From a virus (taxonomy: Duplodnaviria; Caudoviricetes), in IMG/VR virus record IMGVR_UViG_3300037851_000941, positions 1 through 64,000 of that record: DNA of 64,000 nucleotides; one strand, given 5' to 3'. Position numbers and translations under genes: made by a program. Below the pieces are notes generated by a model. That model did not search any database. It had not been told where the DNA came from and saw only the letters and a list, made by a program, of their open reading frames with translations. Below are positions 37,811 to 47,008 of this stretch, piece after piece (positions within the stretch are counted from its first letter, which is position 1; each line of letters starts with the position of its first letter).

Positions 37811-39079
37811 TCACAAGACGGGCAGCAGGGTGCAGCGGCACCCCTCGTGCGCCGGGGGCATCGTCACGCCCTCGGTGCCCCGGATGGGCGTCAGGGCGCG
37901 AAAGCCGGTGGGGGCGCCGTCGTCGTCGCGGCGGAACCGGGCAACCTCGGTGCCGGAGCTGCGGACCACGATGCGGTCGCCGCGCACCGAGTAGAAGCTG
38001 TCCATGGCCGCCGCCGCGTCCGGGCTCGGCGCCGCCTCGACCCGGGCCATGCGCGCGATGGCGTCCGAGGTGCTGAAGATCTGGCCGTCCAGGAAGGCGC
38101 AGACGGGGCACGTCACCTCGTCCATGACCGCCGACCACTGGTACTCCAGCACCGCGCCGTCCCGGAAGCCCGTGAGCTGTCCATAGCTGCGCCCCCGGGT
38201 CATGGCGACGTTGGCCACGGTGCGGAAGTACGCCTCCGAGCGCCCGGAGACCCGACGGCCCAAGGCCGCCTGCAGGTCGGTGGCGATGGTGCGCGCGTCG
38301 AGGCCCTGCGCCAGGCCGTCGCGGATGATGGGGGCGGCGTCGCGAGCCCACGCCCTCGCGCGTCGGCCGTACTCGTTCATCACCCAGAAGGTCTGATCGC
38401 GCCCGATGCGCGCCACGGCCGCCCGATCTGCCACGTCGAGGAGCGGCTTCACGGACTCCTTGCGCGCCGCGCGCCGGCTGTCGGCGGCAACCCGGAGCGC
38501 GCGGGACACCAGCGGCCCCTCCACCACCCGGGCCAGCGCGGGACTGCGGGCGATGCCCAGGACGACCTGGGCCACCTCCTCGATCTGCCGGGCCGTGGCG
38601 CGCGGCCCCAGGTCGTTCCAGCGCCGCTTGAGCTTGGCCGCCGCACGGGTCATCGCCTCACGCTCGGCCCTACGGGCACCGCGCAGGAGCTGCCGATGCA
38701 CCTCGTCCACGATCCGGGCGAAGTCGCGGCGGTTCAGCGGGGACAGGCGCCGGGCCTTGTCGAGGTCGACGACATGCCGCGCCCGCACGTAGAGCCGGGA
38801 GCCCGACCGGAGCTGCACGTGGCCCCTGAAGACCAGGGCGGTGCCGTCGCCCTCGGCCGCCAGGCGCAGCGCGCGGGCACCAGCCTCGCCGGGGCCGAGC
38901 GGGGCGGCCTCCAGGCGCCCGAGGTGCGGGGAGACGGCGGTCCAGCCCGTGCAGCAGACGAGCACCGGCGGGTCGTCCGACAGCTCCCGGGGCTCGGCCA
39001 CCAGGCGCCACGGGGGGCCAAGGACGGCGACGTGCTCGGGCCTCGGCCCCAGGGCTAGGAGACTCGGCCCGGTATCCAT
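37811..39079 (-). CDS. MuF / SPP1 gp7-like head morphogenesis protein
   Basis: YQWSAVMDEVTCPVCAFLDGQIF...PPAHEGCRCTLLP; start MDTGPSLL. Confidence 0.88.
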   Translation of the reverse strand: MDTGPSLLALGPRPEHVAVLGPPWRLVAEPRELSDDPPVLVCCTGWTAVSPHLGRLEAAPLGPGEAGARALRLAAEGDGTALVFRGHVQLRSGSRLYVRARHVVDLDKARRLSPLNRRDFARIVDEVHRQLLRGARRAEREAMTRAAAKLKRRWNDLGPRATARQIEEVAQVVLGIARSPALARVVEGPLVSRALRVAADSRRAARKESVKPLLDVADRAAVARIGRDQTFWVMNEYGRRARAWARDAAPIIRDGLAQGLDARTIATDLQAALGRRVSGRSEAYFRTVANVAMTRGRSYGQLTGFRDGAVLEYQWSAVMDEVTCPVCAFLDGQIFSTSDAIARMARVEAAPSPDAAAAMDSFYSVRGDRIVVRSSGTEVARFRRDDDGAPTGFRALTPIRGTEGVTMPPAHEGCRCTLLPVL

Positions 39080-39453
39080 TCGCCGCTGACGGCCACGATG
39101 TCCACGGTGGTCGCGGCGCCCAGCGTGATCGCCGTGATGCGCACCGCCATCTCGTGCCCGTGGTTGGCCACCGTGGTCACCGCCTCGTCGGTCAGCCCCG
39201 CGACGGGCGTCAGCTCGCGCCAGACGCGCCCAGCAACCGGGTCGTTGATGGCGATCAGCGGCGTGATGTCCACGTCGGTCCCGTCCACGATGGCGCCCAG
39301 GCCGTTGCGGAAGACGGGCGTCACGCGCACCGCCTCCCACTCGCGGGCGTCGAGCATATCCGCCGCCGCGCTCGGGAGCCAGTTGGCGGCGTCGGCCACG
39401 GCTCGCAGGGATCGGATCGTGACTGTCGCGTCGGTGTTGTAGAGTCGTTGCAT
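39055..39453 (-). CDS. Hypothetical beta-rich protein between portal and MuF
   Basis: 132 aa ORF coupled to the portal stop. Confidence 0.55.
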   Translation of the reverse strand: MQRLYNTDATVTIRSLRAVADAANWLPSAAADMLDAREWEAVRVTPVFRNGLGAIVDGTDVDITPLIAINDPVAGRVWRELTPVAGLTDEAVTTVANHGHEMAVRITAITLGAATTVDIVAVSGEWIPGRVS

Positions 39454-41273
39454 CAGAGCCCAGCCCCTTCCTCGTTGGCGGCGCCGTCGCGAGCATGGCG
39501 GCGCGCGGCGTCCACGGCCCGCTCCATCTCACGCTCCCACCGCTCGCCGCCGGCATCCTCGACGGCCGCCTGGGCCTCGAGCATCAGGTCGCGCAGTCGG
39601 TCCTCACGCGCCGACACCACCTCGTCGGCCTCGGGCATGATGCCCGCCATGGTGATCGGCAGGGGCTGCCTGGCAAACGGGCGGTCGAACGGCGGCAGCT
39701 CCCGGCCCACCACCTCGGCCACGATGGAGCGGGCCTCGTTCGGCGTGAGCACGGCGGCCTTCGTGAGCCGCTCGGCGGCCTCCACGATGGAGTCGAGGTC
39801 GCGCGTGCGCGGCCCCAGGCTCCTGAACTCCAGGAGCGAGATGCCCAGCTCGGGCAGCACCACCCGGTTCATGAAGGCGTCGAAGTCGTTGCGCTCGGGC
39901 TCGAACACCTGCTCGTCAGCGAACTTCAGGGCGCTCTCGCTCGTGGCGCGGTTGAAGTCCCGGGAGTCGCCGCGCAGGAGCCGGGGCAGGCGGAAGGCGC
40001 TGCCCACCTTGTCGATGTTCCGCTCGTCGTAGTTCTGGAAGAGGGCGTCGCCTTGCTGCGCGTCCACCAGGCGCTCGAACTTGAGCCGGGGCACCACGGC
40101 CTGCTCGCCGGGCATCAGCTCGTTGTCGGCGCCGATGGCCTCGATGACCAGGACCTTGTGGAAGTTCTCCCGGCCCCGGGCACGGTCGCGGAAGTGGTCC
40201 TCGATCCGCTTCACGGCGTCCGGCGACAGCTCGCCGCCCTGTACCAGGAGCGCCATGGGCGGCACGGCCTTGTTGTCGAAGTAGTCGAAGTTCACCTCGT
40301 CGGCGGCGCGGCTACCGAGCACGGACAGGAGCACGCCCATCCAGCGCGGCACGCCGTAGGCGCTGCCCGAGTCCTCGATCTTGAAGTGGATGACCTCGTT
40401 GGCGGGCCTGTCGCCTTGTTGCGCCCGACGCTCGAAGTCCGCCAGGTCGGTGTAGATGGCCCCGGTCTGCTGGGAGACGATGCGCGGGTCGCCAAACTGC
40501 TTGAACCACGTAACGCGCCGCCCCACCACCTGCACGTAGCGGCGGAAGAACCGATGCTGCTTCACCGGGCTCCACTCCAGCAGGTCAAAGGGCATGCGCT
40601 CGTCGACGAGCACCGGCTCCTCGTCCAGCTTGGTGCAGCGCACGTCCTCGTGCGGGACATGGACGAGGCGGGCCAGTTCCCCGCGCTTCGTCCGCAGCAC
40701 CTCCCAGTAGGCGTTGCCGCTCTCCTCGAGGTCGCGGCGCGTCTTCACCCGCAGCGCGACGAACGTCCCGTCCGGGTTCGCCGAGCGAAGGAACGCCTCC
40801 AGGCGCACCCGCTCCATGCGCGCCTGCTTGGTCAGGCGCTTGACCGCCGCGTCGACCTCCAGGTCGCTGGGCTCGCACGCCTCCGGGTCATGCACGGCCC
40901 CGCCGCGCCGCTCCTCGGTCCGCATGGCAGAGCGCCAAAGAGACTCCTTGACCACCCACCACGCCTCGTCGGAGTCGAAGTCCACGGCGCTCTTGATGCG
41001 GTGCCCCTGCCCGTCGATGTTGGTGGCGTATGCCTGGATGTTCTGGTTCAGGCACGAGCTGTTCTGCCTGATGCGCTTGAGGGTCCCGGGGTCGAACTCG
41101 GGCTGCACGACGGTCGAGCCCAGCAGCGAGCCGAGGTCGTCGGTGCCGTCCTGGGTGGCCGACGAGGCGGGGATGGCGAGCGGGGCCAGCTCGCGCACCT
41201 TCACCACCAGGCGCCGGGTGGCGCTGGCGAGTGGCTCGGGGGAGCGGGCGTCCTGGCTGCTGGGGCGGGTCAC
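39453..41273 (-). CDS. Portal protein (PBSX-like)
   Basis: DLEESGNAYWEV, NEVIHFK...YGVPRW, YFDNKAVPPMALLV, FRLPRLLRG...FNRATSESA. Start placed at GTG 41273 (track: ATG 41282). Confidence 0.93.
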   Translation of the reverse strand: MTRPSSQDARSPEPLASATRRLVVKVRELAPLAIPASSATQDGTDDLGSLLGSTVVQPEFDPGTLKRIRQNSSCLNQNIQAYATNIDGQGHRIKSAVDFDSDEAWWVVKESLWRSAMRTEERRGGAVHDPEACEPSDLEVDAAVKRLTKQARMERVRLEAFLRSANPDGTFVALRVKTRRDLEESGNAYWEVLRTKRGELARLVHVPHEDVRCTKLDEEPVLVDERMPFDLLEWSPVKQHRFFRRYVQVVGRRVTWFKQFGDPRIVSQQTGAIYTDLADFERRAQQGDRPANEVIHFKIEDSGSAYGVPRWMGVLLSVLGSRAADEVNFDYFDNKAVPPMALLVQGGELSPDAVKRIEDHFRDRARGRENFHKVLVIEAIGADNELMPGEQAVVPRLKFERLVDAQQGDALFQNYDERNIDKVGSAFRLPRLLRGDSRDFNRATSESALKFADEQVFEPERNDFDAFMNRVVLPELGISLLEFRSLGPRTRDLDSIVEAAERLTKAAVLTPNEARSIVAEVVGRELPPFDRPFARQPLPITMAGIMPEADEVVSAREDRLRDLMLEAQAAVEDAGGERWEREMERAVDAARRHARDGAANEEGAGL

Positions 41274-41294
41274 GTGGGGCATCCTAGCACGCGC

Positions 41295-41528
41295 TCACAC
41301 CTCCCAGGGAGAGCCACGGCGACGCGGGCGACGCCGCCGCACCGGGCGCCCGTGGCGGCGCAGGTTGGTCTTGCCTATCGGGCAGCTCGCGCACGACGAC
41401 AGAGCCGGGTCGGCCTCGGCTCGCTTGGAGGCGTGGTGTCTGGCGGCGCACGCCTGCTCGCTCAGTACCGCCGCGAACACCTTGCATCTCACGTATCCAG
41501 CCGAGGCGGGGTTGATCACCTCGGCCAC
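41295..41528 (-). CDS. Small Cys-rich (possible Zn-binding) protein
   Basis: VRCKVF...QACAARH...CASCPIG. Confidence 0.55.
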   Translation of the reverse strand: MAEVINPASAGYVRCKVFAAVLSEQACAARHHASKRAEADPALSSCASCPIGKTNLRRHGRPVRRRRPRRRGSPWEV

Positions 41529-41537
41529 GACGGCGAC

Positions 41538-41792
41538 CTATCCTCGCGGCACGGCCACGCAGCGGAACGCGCCGTCCACGCCCATGGACAGGCTGCGCAC
41601 CCGGAGGCCGTCGCGCTCGACCAGTCTGGCCACCTCGAGCCGCGCCGCGTCCAGGTCGGCAGCGAGCACGTGGCAGTCCCGATGCGGCTCGAGCCACTGC
41701 TTCGGTCGCCCGGGCGCCCCGGCACCGCGCCCGCTCGTCCCGGCCGCCGACCGAGAGCTGGTCACGGACACGATCACCCGGAACCTCCTCAC
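41538..41792 (-). CDS. Hypothetical protein
   Basis: 84 aa ORF in a tightly packed run. Confidence 0.45.
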   Translation of the reverse strand: MRRFRVIVSVTSSRSAAGTSGRGAGAPGRPKQWLEPHRDCHVLAADLDAARLEVARLVERDGLRVRSLSMGVDGAFRCVAVPRG

Positions 41793-41978
41793 CTACGCCA
41801 CCTCATCGACGGCGACGCTTGCACGCTCCTGGAGCTTCCGCAAGACCTCCCCGATCGTGCAGCCCCATGCCTCGACCCCGGGCATGCCACGGACCCAGCC
41901 ATGCAGGAGCCCGCCGCGCTCCCGGACGACGGCGTGTCCGGCCCATCCGTTGACCATCACCTCCACCACCGCGTGCAT
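41793..41978 (-). CDS. Small HicB-N-terminal-like protein
   Basis: HGWVRGMPGVEAWGCTIGEVLRKLQER resembles the HicB LPGc-x-x-G-x-T-x-E-E-A motif; AAGGGAGG RBS. Confidence 0.4.
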   Translation of the reverse strand: MHAVVEVMVNGWAGHAVVRERGGLLHGWVRGMPGVEAWGCTIGEVLRKLQERASVAVDEVA

Positions 41979-42002
41979 GGTTGGCCTCCCTTGTGATGCT
42001 AC

Positions 42003-42018
42003 TGTGAGCGGCCTCACA
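42003..42018. promoter_or_regulatory. Perfect palindrome TGTGA-N6-TCACA (CRP/FNR-family-like operator)
   Basis: TGTGAGCGGCCTCACA in the gap upstream of the HicB-like gene. Confidence 0.5.
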
Positions 42019-42031
42019 TTACACGGTAGGG

Positions 42032-42893
42032 TCAAGACCCGGTGGAGTCAACCGTGCCGGGAGCCTTGCTCGCCGTTCCGCGAGATGCGGACCGCGCCGT
42101 GGCCGCGCCAGCCCCATTCCTCTTCTTCGGCCTCTTGCCCTGTGGCTGTGCCCGGGCCGTGCCTGCCTGCCGCTCCTCAGTCGGCGGGGGTGCGACCTGG
42201 GCCAGCGCGACGGACAGCGCGGCAACCAGCGCGGCGCCTTTCTCATCGAAACCGGGCACGTCAGGGTTCTCTGCCAAGAACTCGAGGCCTCGATGCGCGA
42301 ACGCCCGCAGCGCGGGCTCCACTACCCGGTCCGCCGTGGCCGTGGCCACGGTCAGCTTGTAGGTCCGCACGGGCGTCACACGGCTATCAACGCGGGAGTT
42401 GGCAGGGTCCGCTGCCGCCTCCATCTCGCGCAGGTACTGCTCGGGCACCGAGATGGCATCGCGCAAGACCAACAGGTCGTCCTCCGTCAGGCCCATGGCA
42501 GGCAGGTCCTGGATCACGCCACCCGTCCAACTCCTCGATGGACGCTATCAGGGCAGCGAGCCCGTCCACGTCGAACTCGCCCTCAATCTCGTTCAGGCCC
42601 ACGTTGAGCTTCCTGACGTCGGCTGCGCCGAGGTCGTCGCGGAAGATCACCGGGACCTTCTGGTCCTTTGGGATCGCGCCGGCCTCGACCATCTCCTGCA
42701 CCGCGACCAGGCGCTGGTGTCCGCCAATCACGGTCATCGTTCCCCGCTCCACGACCATCGGGACCGTGAAGCCGAACCGCAGCAGAGAGGCCCGCAGCTC
42801 GTCCCGCTTGCGACGCGACATCCGACGCGGGTTGTAGTCGGCAGGCACCAGCTTGGACCAAGGAACCAGCTCGACCTTGTTGAACAGTCTCAC
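42032..42893 (-). pseudogene. ParB/Srx N-terminal domain protein, split by a 1-nt frameshift near 42522
   Basis: LVPADYNPRRMS...GFTVPMVV...VIGGHQRL...KLNVGLNEIEGEFD; continuation VIQDLPAMGLTEDDL is in the +1 frame after GACGGGTGGC. Confidence 0.75.
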
Positions 42894-43969
42894 GTCTCTT
42901 CTCCTTCTTCTGCGCACCCCGCGCCCGGACGCGCGCCCTCGAGCCCGTCGCGTCGCGCGACGAGCCCAACTGCCATCTTGTAGGCCTCGACCACGCGGTT
43001 CACGTTGCGGTCGGCCACGAAGAAGATGAAGCCGCGCGAGTTGCGCTGGTCATAGTACCGCTCCATCTTGGCGATGTGAACGACCGAGACAGCCGAGCGA
43101 TATGTTAGGTCCTCCAGCACGCGCCGCACGGAGAATCGGTGGCGCACGGCCAGGTCACGGACCTTCTCTGGCCTGAAGCCCCGAAAACCCGCCTGCTTGG
43201 ACACCAAGGTTATTCCATCGGCTGTTCTCTTACTCACCCGACGCTGCGTGGCCCGCGTACCGCCCAGGTGGCAGGCGAGCTTTTGACCGTCCCACAACCA
43301 CAACACCCCGTAACGCTGCACCGCCGCCAACATCGACGCATCCGCCGAGGCCCAGTCGAACGAGCGCATCAGCTCGCCGGCACCGCCTGTGCCGAGCGCG
43401 TGCAGTCGGGTCCCGTAGCGATACGCGAGCGAGTGGACGCGATGATACCAGCGCAGTCGGCGCAGGTACGCCTCGCGATTGTGCAAGAACTCCGTCTGAT
43501 TGTCCGTAGCAAGCCCAGTCCCCGAGTTCCCGACGGCGCACCAGCGATAGGCATCGCAGACCGACTCCACCTGCGCGTCGGTCATGAAGGGATGCAGGAC
43601 CGGCCAGGTCCTGCCCGCGCCCAGCGCGAGCCGGAGCGTCGCGGTGTGCCGCTTCACTATCTCGTGGTCGGACGGGTAATCGACGTCAATGGCCGCCTGC
43701 AGGAACCGACCCCAGTTCCTGGTCCTCAACCAGCCAGCATACCCTTCTACGCCGATCGCCACATTCTTCTGGCGGGCCGAGTAGACCCCGGAGTCGATCA
43801 GAAACCGGGGGACGCGCAGCCCTGCGCCCGAGAACTTCCTCGCTGCTTCCTGTGGATCGAACTGCCCGGACAGCAGCCAGTAGGACATCAGGAGGCCGCG
43901 CGCGGTCGGCTGTCCCCGATCAGCCGACCGCGCCGAGGCGATGCCAGTGCTCTGCGATGACTCGATCAC
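42890..43969 (-). CDS. tRNA-guanine-transglycosylase-like (DpdA-like) TIM-barrel protein
   Basis: FLIDSGVYSA, AIDVD, WPVLHP, LHALG and SADAS match the spacing of TGT catalytic motifs; sits beside que/fol genes. Confidence 0.65.
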   Translation of the reverse strand: MIESSQSTGIASARSADRGQPTARGLLMSYWLLSGQFDPQEAARKFSGAGLRVPRFLIDSGVYSARQKNVAIGVEGYAGWLRTRNWGRFLQAAIDVDYPSDHEIVKRHTATLRLALGAGRTWPVLHPFMTDAQVESVCDAYRWCAVGNSGTGLATDNQTEFLHNREAYLRRLRWYHRVHSLAYRYGTRLHALGTGGAGELMRSFDWASADASMLAAVQRYGVLWLWDGQKLACHLGGTRATQRRVSKRTADGITLVSKQAGFRGFRPEKVRDLAVRHRFSVRRVLEDLTYRSAVSVVHIAKMERYYDQRNSRGFIFFVADRNVNRVVEAYKMAVGLVARRDGLEGARPGAGCAEEGEET

Positions 43970-44942
43970 CTGCCCTCACTCCTTCCCCCGTGGCACCAGA
44001 TCCGTCGTGCCACACTCCGACGGGGTCAACAGCGTACCCGGACAAGACCCGACCGATGGCCCCGACCATGTCCTCAACAGTGTCGACCTCGGCGAAGCAC
44101 CCTTCCGCGAACAGCTCCGGGTAGCTGAGGCGGCGCGGCACGATCACCCGGCACCCCATCTGGGCGGCCTCGACCATCGCGATGCCGAACGTCTCCTGGA
44201 GGGCGGCAGAGACGCACAGGTAGGCGGACCCGAGGAGGGCGTGATACTCCGCCTTGGAGCCGGTGGCCTCGAGCGTCTCGACGAACCGCCAACCCGGCCA
44301 CGACGGTCGCAGCTGATCGACGGCCGCGCGCCAGATCCACGTCTGCTTCTCGGGCACCGCGCGGTGGGGCCAGACCACCAGCCGCTCTCGGCGACCTCCC
44401 CGCGCGGTCGGCGCCATCCTGACCGGCAGCGGGCTCACGGTCACGCGTTCGACGGGCAGCCCAGCCGAGGCCAGAAGCGTGCGGTGGTACCGGGTGGCGA
44501 CCACCGCGTCGTCCAGCGATCGCAGCACAGAGTCCTCGAACCCACGCGCCCACGCGCCGCAGCCGGCCTGGGCGAGGCGGTCGTGGGGGTCGTAGGTGCC
44601 GGCGTGCAGGATGCCGACCAGGCGCAGCGGCAGACCCGCCACATCGCGCATGTACGCGGCAGAGATCACCCCGGGATGCCAAGCATCGAGGAACACGACC
44701 GTGCTCGGCACGCCAGCGCGAGCCGCCGCCACCAACATCTCGACCTGGGCCGCCTTGTAGGCGTGCGTCTGCAGCGGGTCCAGGAACTGCTCCGCAGACA
44801 GGCTGCCCGAGCCCACGTCCGGGTGAAGCACGCCGACGTCGAACCCCGCCGCCGACAACGCGGCCGGCCACCACTCGAGCCACTGCGCCGTGTATCGCTG
44901 CTCGATGGGCTCGATGGGGAGCAGGAGGCAGCGGGCTCTCAC
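43920..44942 (-). CDS. GT-B fold glycosyltransferase
   Basis: PIEPIEQRYT, ILHAGTYDPHD, VVWPHRAVPEK, QETFGIAMVEA (E-x7-E), PRRLSYPELF. Confidence 0.85.
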   Translation of the reverse strand: MRARCLLLPIEPIEQRYTAQWLEWWPAALSAAGFDVGVLHPDVGSGSLSAEQFLDPLQTHAYKAAQVEMLVAAARAGVPSTVVFLDAWHPGVISAAYMRDVAGLPLRLVGILHAGTYDPHDRLAQAGCGAWARGFEDSVLRSLDDAVVATRYHRTLLASAGLPVERVTVSPLPVRMAPTARGGRRERLVVWPHRAVPEKQTWIWRAAVDQLRPSWPGWRFVETLEATGSKAEYHALLGSAYLCVSAALQETFGIAMVEAAQMGCRVIVPRRLSYPELFAEGCFAEVDTVEDMVGAIGRVLSGYAVDPVGVWHDGSGATGEGVRAGDRVIAEHWHRLGAVG

Positions 44943-45298
44943 GCTACCTCGGCGGCAAGGGCGACGCGGGCGCCGTTCTCACCGTCCTCGTCAACCTCGA
45001 CCGTGGCCCAGCCGAGGCCGTACCTTCCGATCATCTGCTCAGCGAGCTGGCCAGCCAGGGCCTCACATGACATCGCCCCAAGCTCGCCGCCCGGCCAGGT
45101 ATCGGCAACGTGCCGCGACAGCTCCCTCTTCGTTGTAATGAACTCTATGTCGCGGTCGACGTGCGACACTGGAACCTCCACCCTCACATTGAACAGGTGG
45201 CGGTGGCGGCTGGAGAGGAACCCGCACCACTCGGGTGCCTCGGGCCAGCGGTGAAAGCCCTCGAACGAGAAGGTGAACCAGACGCTGGTGCGCTTCAC
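44939..45298 (-). CDS. QueD/PTPS-like T-fold protein (second, divergent copy)
   Basis: GTG start overlapping the upstream stop; EGFHRWP...RHRHLF...DRDIEF...SCEALA...VDEDGENGA. Confidence 0.7.
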   Translation of the reverse strand: MKRTSVWFTFSFEGFHRWPEAPEWCGFLSSRHRHLFNVRVEVPVSHVDRDIEFITTKRELSRHVADTWPGGELGAMSCEALAGQLAEQMIGRYGLGWATVEVDEDGENGARVALAAEVA

Positions 45299-45969
45299 AG
45301 CGCTCTCCTCTCTCCGTCGTAGTCGCCCCAGTCCAGAGGGGAGTCGAAGACGTAGCCCGCGCACCGGCGGCAGAGGTCCAGGCTGCCTGTGGCCTCCACA
45401 TCGTTGCAGCACAGCGCGACCGAGCCGTCCCAGCACACCGCCCGCCACCCGTCAACGAGGAACGAGCACCGCGCCGACCGCGAGAGGTCCTCGCCCTCCA
45501 CATCGACGAAGCCTGCATACGACTGCAGCTCCTTCTTCGGCGCGTCGCTCTTGACCAGCAGCCGGTGCTCGGTCGCCAGCAGCGAAGGTGGAATCGAGAA
45601 CGTCGACAAACGCACGCCGAACGGGTCGGTGTGCAGTCGGAGATAGGACAGTCCGGCGTCCACCAGCGCGTTCAGCCGCTCCTGGGTCAGGCCCCGACCG
45701 TGCGTCGAGAACCCGACGGTGAAGCCGCGACCGGACGCCATGGACACGAGGCGCTCCAGCCCACGGTGCAGGAGCGGCTCCCCGAAGTGGTGCATCGACA
45801 TCACGCGGTTCGTTGCCACGTCCAGGACGCAGGAGAAGGTCTCCCCCGTGATGAACCCGCGCTTCCGCTGGTGCCGCGAGTGCGGGCAGTATGAGCAGCG
45901 GGCGTCGCAGTGGTTGGTCACCTCGACCTGGTACACCTTCAGCGCGGACGTGTCCCAGACCGAGGTCAT
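45295..45969 (-). CDS. Radical SAM protein with short SPASM/twitch-like C-terminus
   Basis: EVTNHCDARCSYCP (CxxxCxxC), HHFGEPLLH, VCWDGSVALCCND...CRRC. Confidence 0.85.
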   Translation of the reverse strand: MTSVWDTSALKVYQVEVTNHCDARCSYCPHSRHQRKRGFITGETFSCVLDVATNRVMSMHHFGEPLLHRGLERLVSMASGRGFTVGFSTHGRGLTQERLNALVDAGLSYLRLHTDPFGVRLSTFSIPPSLLATEHRLLVKSDAPKKELQSYAGFVDVEGEDLSRSARCSFLVDGWRAVCWDGSVALCCNDVEATGSLDLCRRCAGYVFDSPLDWGDYDGERRAL

Positions 45970-46433
45970 CGCAGCACCGCATCTTCCAGGTAATCCTGCG
46001 GCCTGGTGCGCCAGCCGGACCCCACGCGGAAGGTTACGATGTTGTACGGCGCCCCCACCGACACGAGGTCGTCTGGCCGGAGCAGGTCAAGGACAGAATC
46101 GTGTGCCCGTAGCCTCGCCACCACCACTGCCCCGCGCACGAGTGATGCTGCAGTCGTGGCCGCCAGCACGTCCTCCTTGTTGGTGGCATCGCACTCGATC
46201 GTGCATGGCATACGATGCAACTCCAGCCAGGGCGCGAGCGTGTCGCGGAACCAGGCCCAGTCACGCAGCGTGTCGCGCACGAAGACGTGCCCCACCCTTG
46301 CCACCTCCAGCACCGCCGGGGCCACCGGCGAGGAGATCATCGCCGTCTGGACGCGCCACGGCGCCATCGGCCCCTCGACCTCCGGGCCGCGCCACGATGA
46401 GCCCGGGGTCATGATGCCGCGCGGGTGCGTCAT
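45966..46433 (-). CDS. Unknown protein coupled to folE and the radical SAM gene
   Basis: 155 aa, ATGA overlaps on both sides. Confidence 0.6.
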   Translation of the reverse strand: MTHPRGIMTPGSSWRGPEVEGPMAPWRVQTAMISSPVAPAVLEVARVGHVFVRDTLRDWAWFRDTLAPWLELHRMPCTIECDATNKEDVLAATTAASLVRGAVVVARLRAHDSVLDLLRPDDLVSVGAPYNIVTFRVGSGWRTRPQDYLEDAVLR

Positions 46434-47008
46434 CTACCCAGCACCTTCAGCGCCTCGGCCCGCGCCGCAGCGTCCTCCCTCATGCTGCCGAAGAAGACCG
46501 TCGTGACCATCTCCCCCGTCGACTCGACGCCGCGCAAGCACATGCACGAGTGGACAGCCCGGACGATGACCCCGAGACCGACTGGGCAGAGCCCTTCCTG
46601 CAGCGTCCAGGCCACCTGCGCTGCGATCCTCTCCTGGACCTGGAGCCGCCGAGTGATGGCCCGGACGATGCGCGGGATCTTCGAGAGCCCGACGATTTTC
46701 CCGCTCGGGATGTACGCCACCGAGACGGTCCCGGTGAAAGGCAGGACGTGGTGCTCGCAGAGGGAGGCGAACGGGATGTCCTTGACCGCGACCATCGCGT
46801 CGCCCTCGCTCTCGAAGGTCACCAGCAACGAGCGCGGGTCCACCTCGTAGCCCGAGGTCAACTCCTGCATCGCCTTGGCCAGCCGCCGTGGCGTGTTCAC
46901 GAGCCCTTCCCGGGCCAGGTCTTCCCGACCGCCCAGCAACGCGGCCATGAACCCTCCTGCCGCATCCTGCAAGCCTGGCAAAGGGCGCTCGCTGTCAACG
47001 TGAACCAT
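46430..47008 (-). CDS. folE: GTP cyclohydrolase I
   Basis: REGLVNTPRR, SLCEHHVLPF, GLSKIPR, RRLQVQER, HSCMCLRGV. Confidence 0.96.
   Translation of the reverse strand: MVHVDSERPLPGLQDAAGGFMAALLGGREDLAREGLVNTPRRLAKAMQELTSGYEVDPRSLLVTFESEGDAMVAVKDIPFASLCEHHVLPFTGTVSVAYIPSGKIVGLSKIPRIVRAITRRLQVQERIAAQVAWTLQEGLCPVGLGVIVRAVHSCMCLRGVESTGEMVTTVFFGSMREDAAARAEALKVLGR

Noticed and set aside
37811-39079. MuF-fused toxin domain
   Set aside because: The protein ends immediately after the MuF HxxCRC motif, with no C-terminal extension.
42016-42036. TTGACC and TAATGT as a sigma70 promoter on the minus strand
   Set aside because: The spacer is only 8 nt.
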